From positions 1-49,437 of IMG/VR virus record IMGVR_UViG_3300020045_001925: a stretch of DNA of 49,437 nucleotides; one strand, 5' to 3'. Below the pieces are notes generated by a model that was not told the origin of the DNA, did not search any database, and saw only the letters and a program-made list of their open reading frames with translations. Source of the stretch: a virus. Lineage: Duplodnaviria > Caudoviricetes. Position numbers and translations under genes: made by a program. The stretch's first letter is position 1. Each line of letters starts with the position of its first letter. Positions 1 to 9,864 of the stretch are shown here, in pieces.

Positions 1-121
1 ACGCGGTGCAGGCTGGGGCGTGGCGTTCGTCTTGACCGACGACGATCCGTTTTTCTTTATTGATATTGATAATTGTCAATCAGGCGGTCAATGGTCACAA
101 TTGGCGACAAATCTTTGCGCG
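1..121. repeat. Terminal overlap (identical to 49317-49437); circular assembly
   Basis: 121 identical bases at both ends; the primase ORF reads in frame across the junction. Confidence 0.97.
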
Positions 122-2182
122 CGCTTCGCCGGTGCTGCTGTCGAGGTGTCGCAATCCGGTACAGGTCTGCATATCATCGGTTCAATCAGCGACGTACCGG
201 ACCATGCGTGCAAGAATATTCCGCTTAATCTTGAGTGCTACACGGAAAAGCGTTTCATCGCGCTGACCGGTAGTCACGCACAGGGTAATGTGACTACACG
301 GCACGACGCAGCGTTCGAGGCATGTGTGGCGGAATTGTTCGTGTCGGGCGAGCGTGTCACACCAACATCATGGACTACCGCGCCGTGCGCTACGAGCAAT
401 CCAATCCTTGACGATGACAAGTTGCTTGAGAAAGCGCTAGCCAGCACCAGCGCGGCAAGTACGTTCGGCAACCGTGCATCATTTGCTGATTTGTGGAATT
501 GCAACGTGTCGGCACTCGCCACCGCTTATCCTGATGACGTGCGAGAATTTGACGCCAGTACCGCCGACGCTGCATTGGCCCAACATTTGGCATTCTGGAC
601 AGGAAACCATTGTGATCGTATCGAGCGATTGATGCGTAAGAGCGGTTTGGTGCGTAAGAAGTGGGATAAACATAAGTCCTACATGGCGCGCACCATTACG
701 GGCGCGACGGCGAAACAATCCACTTTTTACAGCGTCGGTGCGCCGATTGAAATAGCAGCGCCAGCCGAGACGCCGACGTTACGTTCTGGCTTTCAATTGA
801 TCGCCGCGACGCAATTGCTCGAATACTTTGCGGGCTGTGTATACGTATCAGACGCGCACCGCATTTTGACGCCTAACGGCGCAATGCTCAAGACGGAACA
901 ATTTAATGCCATGTTCGGTGGCTATACCTTCGCGCTGGACGGTGACGGTGAGAAAACCACACGCAAAGCATGGGAAGCGTTCACCGAGTCGCAATGTGTG
1001 TCGTTCCCCAAAGTTGATGGTTGTATCTTTCGCCCCATCGCGCCGCCTCACGCCATTATCACAGAGGACGGTCGGCGCTTGGTCAACACTTATATACCGG
1101 TCAAAACCGCGTCGGTGCCAGGTAATGTCGAGCCGTTCTTGATCCATTTGCGCAAAGTGCTACCGAACGAGCGCGACCAAACTATTTTATTGTCGTATAT
1201 GGCGGCGTGCATTCAGCACAAAGGTTATAAAATCCAATGGGCCCCATTACTGCAAGGTTGTGAGGGTAACGGCAAAACACTATTCACCCGTTGCGTGATG
1301 CACGCTATCGGCAAACGTTATACCCACATGCCGAGCGCCAAGGAGATCGACGAGAAATTTAACGCGTGGCTATTCGATAACCTATTTATCGGCGTTGAGG
1401 ACATTTATGTTCCCGACTCGAAGCTTGAAATTCTCGAAGTATTGAAACCGATGATTACCGGTAAAGACTTAGCGTGTCGGGCCATGCAGCAAGATCAAGT
1501 CATGCGCGAGCTGTGCGCTAATTTCATGTTCAATTCGAACCACCGTAACGCGATTAAAAAGACGCTGAATGACCGACGCTTTGCAGTGATGTACACCGCC
1601 CAGCAGCATGCTGCTGACTTAGTGCGCGACGGTATGGATGGCAAATATTTCCCCGACTTATACACATGGCTCGACGGTGGCGGGTATGCCCACATTACGC
1701 ATTATCTTGAAAATTACGCGATTCCTGTGGAGTTTAACCCGACGCTAGGCTGTCAGCGCGCGCCGTTCACTAGCACAACAGCCGAAGCGGTCGAGGCGTC
1801 ATTGGGCAGTATTGAACAAGAGATTATTGAAGCAATCGATGAAGGCCGCGCCGGATTCTGCGGTGGCTGGGTGTCATCGTACGCGCTGGATAAACTCATT
1901 GTGCAATTGCGGGCCGAACGTCAAATCCCACGTGGTAAACGCCGCGAGTTGATGAAATCACTAGGCTACGACTATCACCCAGCGCTCAAAGATGGACGTG
2001 TCAATAATCCGATACTGGGCGAGGGTGCTGCTGGTGCTGGCAAACCGCGCCTTTATATCAAGGAAGGCCATATCGCGGGCAATTTACATGGCGGCGCAGA
2101 CGTGGCGCGTCATTACCAGGCGGCACAAGGCGACCCGCTGGCGGTTATGGAGGTAAGTAATGTGCCACGCACGGCGAGTTAA
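20..2182 (+). CDS. Primase-polymerase / SF3 helicase (3' part; true start 49123 across the circular join, ~791 aa)
   Basis: AEP-like motifs FIDID and SQSGTGLHI; Walker A GCEGNGKT, Walker B IGVED, motif C FNSN, DRRF arginine finger. Confidence 0.9.
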   Translation: MAFVLTDDDPFFFIDIDNCQSGGQWSQLATNLCARFAGAAVEVSQSGTGLHIIGSISDVPDHACKNIPLNLECYTEKRFIALTGSHAQGNVTTRHDAAFEACVAELFVSGERVTPTSWTTAPCATSNPILDDDKLLEKALASTSAASTFGNRASFADLWNCNVSALATAYPDDVREFDASTADAALAQHLAFWTGNHCDRIERLMRKSGLVRKKWDKHKSYMARTITGATAKQSTFYSVGAPIEIAAPAETPTLRSGFQLIAATQLLEYFAGCVYVSDAHRILTPNGAMLKTEQFNAMFGGYTFALDGDGEKTTRKAWEAFTESQCVSFPKVDGCIFRPIAPPHAIITEDGRRLVNTYIPVKTASVPGNVEPFLIHLRKVLPNERDQTILLSYMAACIQHKGYKIQWAPLLQGCEGNGKTLFTRCVMHAIGKRYTHMPSAKEIDEKFNAWLFDNLFIGVEDIYVPDSKLEILEVLKPMITGKDLACRAMQQDQVMRELCANFMFNSNHRNAIKKTLNDRRFAVMYTAQQHAADLVRDGMDGKYFPDLYTWLDGGGYAHITHYLENYAIPVEFNPTLGCQRAPFTSTTAEAVEASLGSIEQEIIEAIDEGRAGFCGGWVSSYALDKLIVQLRAERQIPRGKRRELMKSLGYDYHPALKDGRVNNPILGEGAAGAGKPRLYIKEGHIAGNLHGGADVARHYQAAQGDPLAVMEVSNVPRTAS

Positions 2183-2345
2183 TGATCAATATCACTGTGA
2201 ACGCTGCGGCTATCAATGGGACGTTACGGATCAGGACGCGCCGGCGTGTCGCAGCGAACATGACGTTGCGATTGAACAAATTAAGGATGTGTTTAAATGC
2301 CACGGTTTAGACTATTCAGCAGCGGCGCGCCGCATCCCGAGCTAG
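2160..2345 (+). CDS. Small putative zinc-binding protein
   Basis: CERC plus further Cys; GGAGG SD upstream; overlaps end of primase. Confidence 0.55.
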   Translation: MCHARRVNDQYHCERCGYQWDVTDQDAPACRSEHDVAIEQIKDVFKCHGLDYSAAARRIPS

Positions 2346-2485
2346 CGCACATTAAATTTCCCATCGATGTTGATGGGTTCTATAACCGTACGGGTCAAGT
2401 GTGCGTTCGGTTCGGCACCAACATTTTCATACCAGAATTGGGAGAGTGCGAGGAAGTATTGACAACTTCGTCAACTGCTGTATGA
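2297..2485 (+). CDS. Hypothetical protein
   Basis: AAGGA SD upstream; co-oriented with neighbours. Confidence 0.5.
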   Translation: MPRFRLFSSGAPHPELAHIKFPIDVDGFYNRTGQVCVRFGTNIFIPELGECEEVLTTSSTAV

Positions 2486-2486
2486 T
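2459..2486 (+). promoter_or_regulatory. Sigma70-like promoter with TTGAC-N6-GTCAA palindrome
   Basis: TTGACA-16-TATGAT; TTGACaacttcGTCAA. Confidence 0.7.
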
Positions 2487-2501
2487 TGAGCTTGTTACCA
2501 C

Positions 2502-2993
2502 ATGGAGTTATACGAAATGATTACGTTACAGCAGCAGATTGAAGCACAAGAACAAGCAGTTAGAACTATCGACCCGCGGCGTTTAGGCATGGCCGAATCA
2601 ATCCTCACCAGCCTACAGCGACTGCAAGCGGCTGAGGGGCAAGATTCGGTTACCAACAAAACCGAAGCAGAAAAATCGCGCGGTTACGTCGCTCTTGGTT
2701 CTGGAGCTTATCGTTTGCAACAGTGCGAAAATGCAAGTCTAGTAATTTGCTTCCGTAGACCTGATGAAATAGGACTTCCCGTCGGCCATCGTGCGGATGA
2801 GATTGATTTAACGCCGATTCAAAGCGAGGATATTATTGTCATGCTGAAATTCGTGAGTGCGGAGGGTTTAGATAGCCTAGAAACGCACTTGCGAGAAATT
2901 CGCTTAGATAATTTCCCAGATACCGTGATCGCCAAGCATGGCGAACCGGCAATCCCCGAAACCATGCTTGCAGCAGCCAAAGGCGGTGCGTGA
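2502..2993 (+). CDS. Hypothetical protein (start probably 2517)
   Basis: 163-aa ORF; GGAG SD at 2504-2507 fits ATG 2517. Confidence 0.7.
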   Translation: MELYEMITLQQQIEAQEQAVRTIDPRRLGMAESILTSLQRLQAAEGQDSVTNKTEAEKSRGYVALGSGAYRLQQCENASLVICFRRPDEIGLPVGHRADEIDLTPIQSEDIIVMLKFVSAEGLDSLETHLREIRLDNFPDTVIAKHGEPAIPETMLAAAKGGA

Positions 2994-3421
2994 TGAACCG
3001 CATTATTGCACTACTGGAAAAGAAGCCGCACACGATCCCTGAGTTGAGTCGCGCTATGGGTTACGCGGGTCGAGGCGGTGCGGGTCGGATACTTAAAACA
3101 TTGGTCGCTCAGAAGATTGTGGGCGTGGTCGATTGGACTTATTCGGGCGTGGCGCTCGTTCCGACTTATGGCCTATCGTCACACTCGCTATCGCGGAAAG
3201 ATTGGCGCGCAAGTAAGCGCCTCCCCAAGACGAAGAAGATGTTAGCCGCCGACGCAATGGTGAAATATTCCAAGACGATCCACCCAATGGACGATGTGAA
3301 TAATATTGTGGTGACAGCGGCTCGGAAAATGCCGGACAAAGTAAAGCAAGCTTTTAAAAACGGTGCGTCATTCGTCTGCTTGGACGGTGTGCATTATCGG
3401 AGAGGTGATCGAGTATGTTGA
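2990..3421 (+). CDS. Putative winged-HTH DNA-binding protein
   Basis: N-terminal HTIPELSRAMG...RILKTLVAQKIV pattern; basic protein. Confidence 0.5.
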   Translation: MMNRIIALLEKKPHTIPELSRAMGYAGRGGAGRILKTLVAQKIVGVVDWTYSGVALVPTYGLSSHSLSRKDWRASKRLPKTKKMLAADAMVKYSKTIHPMDDVNNIVVTAARKMPDKVKQAFKNGASFVCLDGVHYRRGDRVC

Positions 3422-3753
3422 ATCAACCAGTATATAAAGAGGATGTAACACTTACTCAAATTTTATTAGATGGGATCGGTCGCGGATTTGAGTACTCACA
3501 AATTATTGATGAAGCTGGTCGATCTGGTTTCATTATTGACAATGCGCTTATTGAAATTGTTTCACGCGACTTTAATGCCCGAATGATTAACGACATTCAA
3601 TCCATTGATGAGCGCGAGGCGTTTGAAAGTGAAATTTCGCACCATATTGATAATACAAACTTTAGTTGTGATGGTGACGAGTGCTTTATTGACGATGAAA
3701 TGGCGGCAGCTTGGGCTGGTTGGCAAGCGCGCGCCGCACTGGTGCCGAAATGA
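3415..3753 (+). CDS. Hypothetical protein
   Basis: GGAGAGG SD; EREAFE...AWAGWQARA motif common in phage accessory proteins. Confidence 0.7.
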   Translation: MLNQPVYKEDVTLTQILLDGIGRGFEYSQIIDEAGRSGFIIDNALIEIVSRDFNARMINDIQSIDEREAFESEISHHIDNTNFSCDGDECFIDDEMAAAWAGWQARAALVPK

Positions 3754-3847
3754 TTAAGCTCATCACGATGGCGTTGCGGGCGGTGAAGTGCGCTGCGGAG
3801 TTTTGCGGCGGGATTGCATTGTGGATATTGAACCGGAAGTGACCAAG

Positions 3848-3871
3848 CGCCCCACACGGGGCGTTTTTTTT
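3848..3871 (+). terminator. Rho-independent terminator
   Basis: CGCCCC-ACAC-GGGGCG followed by T8, between convergent genes. Confidence 0.85.
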
Positions 3872-4868
3872 ATAGTGACGTTGTAACGAGACCGAACGCC
3901 GCTTCGTAGCGTAACTGAGCGGCACGACCTATCAACACATCAATCACGCGCTTATCAGTCTGTAGCGCCGCGATACGTTCGAGGCGTGCGGCTCGCGCTT
4001 CCTGCCATGCTTTGTGCGCTTCCATTGCAGTTTTAAAACTACCGATAAACTGTGGTTTGCCTTCATACATGTCGCGAGCTTTGAACACTTTGTTGTACGT
4101 GTCATGCGCAACGCCGCACGGTTGGCGGGACAATAAGCGGTCACGAGGTTGTTTCATCAGATACGCTACTTCACGATCGCACACGACGGCCGTGTCTGGA
4201 CCATACTTTTTCTGATGCGGTAGTAACGCCACAGTGAGGTGCGGCTCGTAACCGTTCATATCGAGCCATTCCCTAAACTGGCGAAGTCCTTGCCATACCG
4301 TTCCTTTGCACGCGATGACACGCCATATCGTGCGCACACTATCATCTGAGCTTTTTAAAATTGGCAACTTTTTCAAAGGCGGCCGAGGCTCACGCGTTAC
4401 GGGTGCAGATTTAAGTTTATCAACATGGTATCGAATAAGGTCGTTAATGCGAGGGTCTTGATGATCATTGATGAACGATTCCAACTGACTAACAAAGTGT
4501 GATCGCCATGCTTTGTGCGCCTTAACATCAGTGTCAAATCTTCCTAGTAATACACTCTTGCCGTCCATTCTCACGCGGGCCATAAACTTCTTAGTGGCTC
4601 TGCAAAATGATACGCCAGGCATATGCTCACCTATTAATTTAGGCGGATTATTTATCAATTTATACAGCTTTTCAGCGATAAAAATCACAGTTTCAGGATT
4701 ATATTGCGTTTCATTGAGCGCAATTACTGGCAATTTATCGTGCCAGTACGGTGATGTTGGTCGTGTTAGCCACTGCTTGAACACATTTAATGAGCGCCAG
4801 TCGTATAAAACAGACTCGGCGTTAGGGTCTTGGAAAATCATTTCCCAAATTTTTTTCACATCTTTCAT
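3870..4868 (-). CDS. Tandem AP2-domain DNA-binding protein (degenerate HNH-AP2 type, internally duplicated)
   Basis: Two AP2-like repeats (PGVSF..KKFMARV..LGRFDT..AHKAW; CGVAH..KVFKAR..IGSFKT..AHKAW); GGAG SD before ATG 4868. Confidence 0.7.
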   Translation of the reverse strand: MKDVKKIWEMIFQDPNAESVLYDWRSLNVFKQWLTRPTSPYWHDKLPVIALNETQYNPETVIFIAEKLYKLINNPPKLIGEHMPGVSFCRATKKFMARVRMDGKSVLLGRFDTDVKAHKAWRSHFVSQLESFINDHQDPRINDLIRYHVDKLKSAPVTREPRPPLKKLPILKSSDDSVRTIWRVIACKGTVWQGLRQFREWLDMNGYEPHLTVALLPHQKKYGPDTAVVCDREVAYLMKQPRDRLLSRQPCGVAHDTYNKVFKARDMYEGKPQFIGSFKTAMEAHKAWQEARAARLERIAALQTDKRVIDVLIGRAAQLRYEAAFGLVTTSL

Positions 4869-4895
4869 TATCAATTCTCCACTGAGTGAATCAAT

Positions 4896-5067
4896 ACTGT
4901 ACACAAGACAGCAATATGGTGCAATACCCCTTCCCTTTAGCCTGTACACAACACATCGGGGGTGTAAAAATGGGTGTAGCAGCGGCGCGGGTTTGAGGTC
5001 AATTATCCAGAAACACGACAAATTGTCGCTATTCACGGCTGGATAGCGGGTGTGTCTTGTGTACAGT
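4896..5067. promoter_or_regulatory. Three CTGTACACAA(G/C)ACA sites and leftward promoter of the AP2 gene
   Basis: 15-bp perfect inverted repeat 4896-4910 / 5053-5067, third copy 4942-4955; TTGCAC-17-TACAGT on minus strand. Confidence 0.6.
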
Positions 5068-5157
5068 CTCTTCCCTTTCTATTCCTATTATAATATTTTT
5101 ATTAAGGTTAATTGGTTAAATAGTAATAAAGAGCAGTAAATACAAGGACTTGCAGGA
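5029..5157. other. AT-rich origin-like element, copy 1
   Basis: Shares CTATTCACGGCTGG, TATAATATTTTT, TAATTGG(T/G)TAAA and ACAAGGACTT..CAGGA in the same order with 22534-22650. Confidence 0.45.
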
Positions 5158-5280
5158 TACACCGAACGACTACCCAAAATTAAACGCCCTTGTCGAATGC
5201 AGGGTGTGTGGGTGCAGAGGGCGATGCTTGCCGAGGCGGTCAAACGTGTGGCATTATTGGGGCGTTATTGGGAGGGACTT

Positions 5281-5685
5281 ATGGCATTGACGGTAAAGAA
5301 GGAAAACTTCGCAAGGGCATTTGTGGAAACCTCGAATCAATCCGAGGCGTACCGTCGCGCCTACAACACGTCGAAGATGAAAACTGAGACGATTGCGAAA
5401 CGTGCGAGCGAATTGATGCAGGACGGGGAAGTCGCGGGTATGGTCGCCGAACTCAAGGCGGTACATGCCAAACGCCACGCCGTTACAGTGGACTCATTGA
5501 TCGCGGAGCTAGAGGAAGCCCGTAACGTAGCCTTGAGCGCCGAAACGCCTCAGAGCAGCGCTGCTGTGGCAGCAACGATGGGTAAGGCAAAACTGTGCGG
5601 CCTCGATAAGCAGTTGGTCGAGTTGAGTGGCGAAGTGTCAAACCGCGTAACACTTTCGGATTTCTATGGCAAGCCCGACGCTTAA
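5281..5685 (+). CDS. terS: Terminase small subunit
   Basis: LTxKKENFARAFVE..NQSEAYRRAY HTH-type N-terminus; GGAGG SD; directly upstream of terL. Confidence 0.85.
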   Translation: MALTVKKENFARAFVETSNQSEAYRRAYNTSKMKTETIAKRASELMQDGEVAGMVAELKAVHAKRHAVTVDSLIAELEEARNVALSAETPQSSAAVAATMGKAKLCGLDKQLVELSGEVSNRVTLSDFYGKPDA

Positions 5686-7057
5686 CCCAGCGCTGCGCGA
5701 ATTCTGGCAAACGCGAGAAATTGACGGCACGCCTGTTCGCTTTCGCACGTTGGTCGGTGGGCGTATGTCGAGCAAATCGCACGACGCGGCAGGCGTGGCT
5801 ATAGCGCGAGCCAATTTTCACACTGAGCGGTTTTTGTGCATGCGTATGTACCAGAACCGGATTGCCGATTCGGTCTATGCGTTGCTTAAGGACAAGATCA
5901 GCTACTTTGGCCTCGACAATCGGTTCAAGGTTTACGCTGACGCAATTGAGCACAAAACGAACGGCTCGATTTTTCGCTTCTACGGCATTGCTCGCAACAT
6001 CGACGAAATCAAATCGTTTGAAGGTGCTACGGTTGGCTGGATCGAGGAAGCGCACAATTTAACGCCCGAAATGTTCAGCACGATCCGTCCGACAATCATG
6101 CGTAACGAAGGCGCGGAGATGTGGTTCACGTTCAACCCGCGTGTCGCCACTGACTTTGCGTACAAGCGGTTGATCGTCAATCCGCCTACCGGATCGCTGG
6201 TTCGTCGCATCAACTACGATGAAAACCCGTTCCTCTCCGCCACGGCGCTGGCCGATATCGAATCGGCGTTTGCCGAAGACCCAGACGAAGCGACTCATAT
6301 TTATCTGGGCGTACCACTCGACAACGACGACTCCGTGGTCATCAAGCGTGGTTGGTTACAAGCGGCTATCGACGCCCACAAAACCGTCACGCCTTCCTCA
6401 GGATCGTGGCGCGGCGGCAAGACGGTCGGTTACGATGTGGCTGACTCGGGTGCGGATAAAAACGCCACAACGAGCATGGATGGATCGGTGTGTGTCGGGC
6501 TGGACGAATGGAAAGGCGGCGAGGACGAGTTAGGAAAGTCGGCAGCACGCACAAAATCGACCGCTGAGGCGCTCGGGGCGATGTTCGTAGGGTATGACAG
6601 CATCGGCGTAGGTGCGGGTACTGGCGCGCATTTAAACGCCCTTGGCTGGCGTCGTCACTTTAAGTTCAATGCCGGTGCGAAAGTGATCGACCCGAAACGC
6701 AAATACGGTAACACCAACGTCATCAACGAAGAATTTTTCACCAATTTGAAAGCCCAGGCCTGGTGGCTCGCTGCGGATCGTTTCCGCAACACGTATCTCG
6801 CCGTGACAAAAGGCCATAAATTCGCCGCTGATGAAATGATCAGCCTATCGTCAGAGTGCGATACGAAGTTGTTGGACAAATTGATTGACGAATTGTCCAC
6901 GCCGCAACGGGATTTTGACAACGCTGGGAAGGTGAAGGTTGAGTCGAAGAAGGATTTGGCAAAGCGTGAGATTGTTTCGCCAAACATTGCCGACTCATTC
7001 ATCATTGCGAACAGTCGTGGCATGCTGGCGAAACGTACTCTTGGGGAGATGCTCTAG
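5666..7057 (+). CDS. terL: Terminase large subunit (PBSX-like)
   Basis: Walker A GGRMSSKS, Walker B WIEEA, TFNP coupling motif, nuclease GYDVA..D and SPNIADS. Confidence 0.93.
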   Translation: MASPTLNPALREFWQTREIDGTPVRFRTLVGGRMSSKSHDAAGVAIARANFHTERFLCMRMYQNRIADSVYALLKDKISYFGLDNRFKVYADAIEHKTNGSIFRFYGIARNIDEIKSFEGATVGWIEEAHNLTPEMFSTIRPTIMRNEGAEMWFTFNPRVATDFAYKRLIVNPPTGSLVRRINYDENPFLSATALADIESAFAEDPDEATHIYLGVPLDNDDSVVIKRGWLQAAIDAHKTVTPSSGSWRGGKTVGYDVADSGADKNATTSMDGSVCVGLDEWKGGEDELGKSAARTKSTAEALGAMFVGYDSIGVGAGTGAHLNALGWRRHFKFNAGAKVIDPKRKYGNTNVINEEFFTNLKAQAWWLAADRFRNTYLAVTKGHKFAADEMISLSSECDTKLLDKLIDELSTPQRDFDNAGKVKVESKKDLAKREIVSPNIADSFIIANSRGMLAKRTLGEML

Positions 7058-7935
7058 GCGGTCAATATGCTAAACCACGTGGAAATATCATCATTCCACG
7101 TGAGCCATTCTGTAGCCCCATCGAATCCGGTAAGTCCGTGTCTATCAAACTTCTTGTGAAATAGTTTTTCAAGTGATTTCGGTACGTTGCCGTCATCATC
7201 CTGAACAATATGAATACACTCCCACGTAAAAGGGGTATTTAATTCCAGTTGTCGATGACGTTGCTCAATATTATTCGTGATACCAACTTTTACATATTTC
7301 CCACATGTGCTGCGTAACGCATAAAGATACCCCTTTTTGTTAGGACGATACCCATATTCACCGCACGATGGGCAACCTTTGCCCGCCAAATGATTGGACA
7401 CATCTTGAGTAAATATACCGTGTGTTTTACATTTGATTGATATTAACGATGTATTTCGCAAATCATCAGACACCGACGAGTAGTCATATTTATCACCATG
7501 AACAGATGTAGCGTGATCGGTAAAACTTTCAATTGTGCGTAGTCTATTACCCGCACATGACGGGCATCCCGACTTGCGATTTATATGACTCGCCAATGTG
7601 TGATTCCACTCACCGTGTGCGCTACATATTGTATTAACTCGAGTTGTTGATGCAGCATTCTCAGGCCACAGCGAATAGTCATATTTATCACCATGAATCA
7701 TTCTGGCCTGTTTGATTCGTTTGCTTATGGTTAATTTTTTAACCCCTGCACATTCAGGACACCCTGCGCCTCGATGATGATTATTCACTATGATTAAGAA
7801 TTCGCCGTGATGTGGGCAAATTACAGGTACTTTTGAATCCCATCGTATATGTTCAGGTAGCTTTGAGTAGTCGTAGCGGTCGCCATGCACTGATTTAAAC
7901 TGTGATATTCTCTCTGTCAACGACTTTGCTGCCAT
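7054..7935 (-). CDS. Homing-endonuclease-like protein: three DUF723-like zinc repeats plus GIY-YIG (T5orf172-like) domain
   Basis: HGD(R/K)YDYS..C..HG..H..GCPxC x3; GYLYAL..YVKVGITNNIEQR; AT-rich, antisense between terL and portal. Confidence 0.8.
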   Translation of the reverse strand: MAAKSLTERISQFKSVHGDRYDYSKLPEHIRWDSKVPVICPHHGEFLIIVNNHHRGAGCPECAGVKKLTISKRIKQARMIHGDKYDYSLWPENAASTTRVNTICSAHGEWNHTLASHINRKSGCPSCAGNRLRTIESFTDHATSVHGDKYDYSSVSDDLRNTSLISIKCKTHGIFTQDVSNHLAGKGCPSCGEYGYRPNKKGYLYALRSTCGKYVKVGITNNIEQRHRQLELNTPFTWECIHIVQDDDGNVPKSLEKLFHKKFDRHGLTGFDGATEWLTWNDDISTWFSILTA

Positions 7936-7992
7936 AATTTACTCCCAGTAGATATGAAAGCATTATAACATACTTATTGGGTAAGGGTTGAT

Positions 7993-9390
7993 ATGTCCAA
8001 ATCTAAATCAGTGAGTACATCAGACGGACTTGTTAATGTAATGTCCGGTCTCGGTACGGCACGAACCAAGCGTTATCACAATGCTTTTCAATATGTTAAT
8101 TTGAACGACTGGCAGCAGTTAGACAGTGCCTTTATGTCAAATTGGCTAGCGCGGCAAATTGTGGAAGTACCCGCCGAGGATATGACGCGCGAGTGGCGCA
8201 CGATTAAATCAGCCGACGCAGAGGCAATCCGTGTCGAAGAAGATCGTCACATGATCCCAAGCATGATCAATGACGCGCTATGTTGGGCGCGATTGTTTGG
8301 CGGCGCAGGTGTGTTGATGATCACAGGGCAGGACTTGACAAAACCGCTCAACGTGAAGCGCATCAAGAAGGGCGATCTGCAACGTGTAATCGTGTTCGAC
8401 CGCTACGATATGGCGGCGATGCTGATGAATACGTGGAATGTGTTGAGCGAGAACTACTTACGTCCCGAGTTTTACACGATCAAGGGCGGAGCGCAGCAAA
8501 TCCACTGGACGCACTTTGCTCGGTTCAACGGTGCGAAACTACCGCGCCGGCAAATGGCAATTACACAAGGTTGGGGCGATTCGGAGCTGCGTAAGTGTCT
8601 CGACGACATTATGGATATGGTCGCATCAAAGGACGGTATCGCCGAGCTGATGCAAGAGGCAAATGTGGACGTAATCACACGCACCGGGTTGGCTGATGAA
8701 ATGGCGAGCGACCAAGACACGGCGATCACGGATCGTTACGCGCTATTTGCTCAGATGAAAAGTGTTGTCAAATTGGCACTCTTGGACGGTGACGAAGCGT
8801 ACGACCGCAAGACGCTCAATCTGTCCGGTGTGGCGCCAATTATCGAACTGTTCATGACGTGGATCAGCGGCGCGGCGGATATTCCACTGACGCGCCTGTT
8901 CGGTACGAGCGCGAAGGGTTTGAACGCCACAGGTGAAGGTGACCAATCAAATTACTTTAACTCGATCCGCTCGAAGCAAACGACACAAGTTGATCCAGGT
9001 ATGCGTGTGTTGGACGAAGTGCTAGTACGGAGCGCATTGGGGTATTGGCCCGACGATTACAATTACGTTTGGAATCCCCTGGCGCAACCGAGCGCAACGG
9101 AAGTAGCCGCAGCACTCAAGCTCAACGCCGAACGCGACCAGTTGTATGTGGATATGGGCGCGGTGGAAGTGTCGCAGATTCAAGAGAACTTGCAAGCGGA
9201 TGATCTGTACCAGTTCGAGGATGGTGTGATCGAGGAACGCAAAGCAGCCGAGGCGGATTTTGAAATCGTCGACCCGCGCGCTACGCCTACTGAACCAACG
9301 ATTGATAGCGAGACATACTTGCTCGCATATCAACAAATGATCGACGCAGGTGTAACGCACGGGGCGGCTGTCGCTACTTTAGCGGGATGA
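7993..9390 (+). CDS. Portal protein (DUF1073-like)
   Basis: Position after terL; WARLFGG and IPLTRLFG motifs; 465 aa. Confidence 0.88.
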   Translation: MSKSKSVSTSDGLVNVMSGLGTARTKRYHNAFQYVNLNDWQQLDSAFMSNWLARQIVEVPAEDMTREWRTIKSADAEAIRVEEDRHMIPSMINDALCWARLFGGAGVLMITGQDLTKPLNVKRIKKGDLQRVIVFDRYDMAAMLMNTWNVLSENYLRPEFYTIKGGAQQIHWTHFARFNGAKLPRRQMAITQGWGDSELRKCLDDIMDMVASKDGIAELMQEANVDVITRTGLADEMASDQDTAITDRYALFAQMKSVVKLALLDGDEAYDRKTLNLSGVAPIIELFMTWISGAADIPLTRLFGTSAKGLNATGEGDQSNYFNSIRSKQTTQVDPGMRVLDEVLVRSALGYWPDDYNYVWNPLAQPSATEVAAALKLNAERDQLYVDMGAVEVSQIQENLQADDLYQFEDGVIEERKAAEADFEIVDPRATPTEPTIDSETYLLAYQQMIDAGVTHGAAVATLAG

Positions 9391-9864
9391 TCACTCACCT
9401 CCCAGCATCTTAATACGACGATCAAGCGTGTCGCGTGCTTCGATCAAGTCTTGCAAGTTATCCTTCACGCCACGTCGGCCCAAGCAAAGCAGTTTCTTAA
9501 GTGCGTGCTGTGTTGCACCGCTCGGGTCGTCTACGTTGAACAGTTCGCACACTTGGTACACGTCCACAGTGTCAAGCTTCGATACGTCTTTGTGATAATG
9601 CGAGTGTTTGCGCGGTTCGGGCATTGACGGAGCGTGACTGTTGGGCGCTGAGGCATCTTTAGGTGTGTGGCGCATGAATAGATCTAATCGGGTCAGCTCT
9701 CCGCATGTTCCGTCAATGTCATGATAAATAGTACCGACGTTAGGTACTCGTACCATTATTAACGACTTACCTGCGCGACTCAGCACTTGAGCATCGCGCC
9801 CGTCACGCGTAACAACTGGCTCGCCACGTAACGCAGCTTCTAAATTAAAAGGTCTTAGTACCAT
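9391..9864 (-). CDS. Hypothetical protein with DUF3310-like C-terminus
   Basis: PFNLEAALRGEPVVTRDGR N-terminus; HY..ALKKLL..G.RG.K...DL.EA C-terminus. Confidence 0.6.
   Translation of the reverse strand: MVLRPFNLEAALRGEPVVTRDGRDAQVLSRAGKSLIMVRVPNVGTIYHDIDGTCGELTRLDLFMRHTPKDASAPNSHAPSMPEPRKHSHYHKDVSKLDTVDVYQVCELFNVDDPSGATQHALKKLLCLGRRGVKDNLQDLIEARDTLDRRIKMLGGE

Noticed and set aside
1-121. Terminal direct repeat as a biological genome end
   Set aside because: It falls inside the primase gene and is best explained as the assembler overlap of a circular contig.
4513-5046. 177-aa plus-strand ORF and the many other antisense ORFs in the track
   Set aside because: Shadow frames of well-supported genes, with no motifs or RBS.
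7993-9390. Anti-CBASS Acb1 label often attached to this family
   Set aside because: Position and motifs indicate a portal; no HxT phosphoesterase domain seen.
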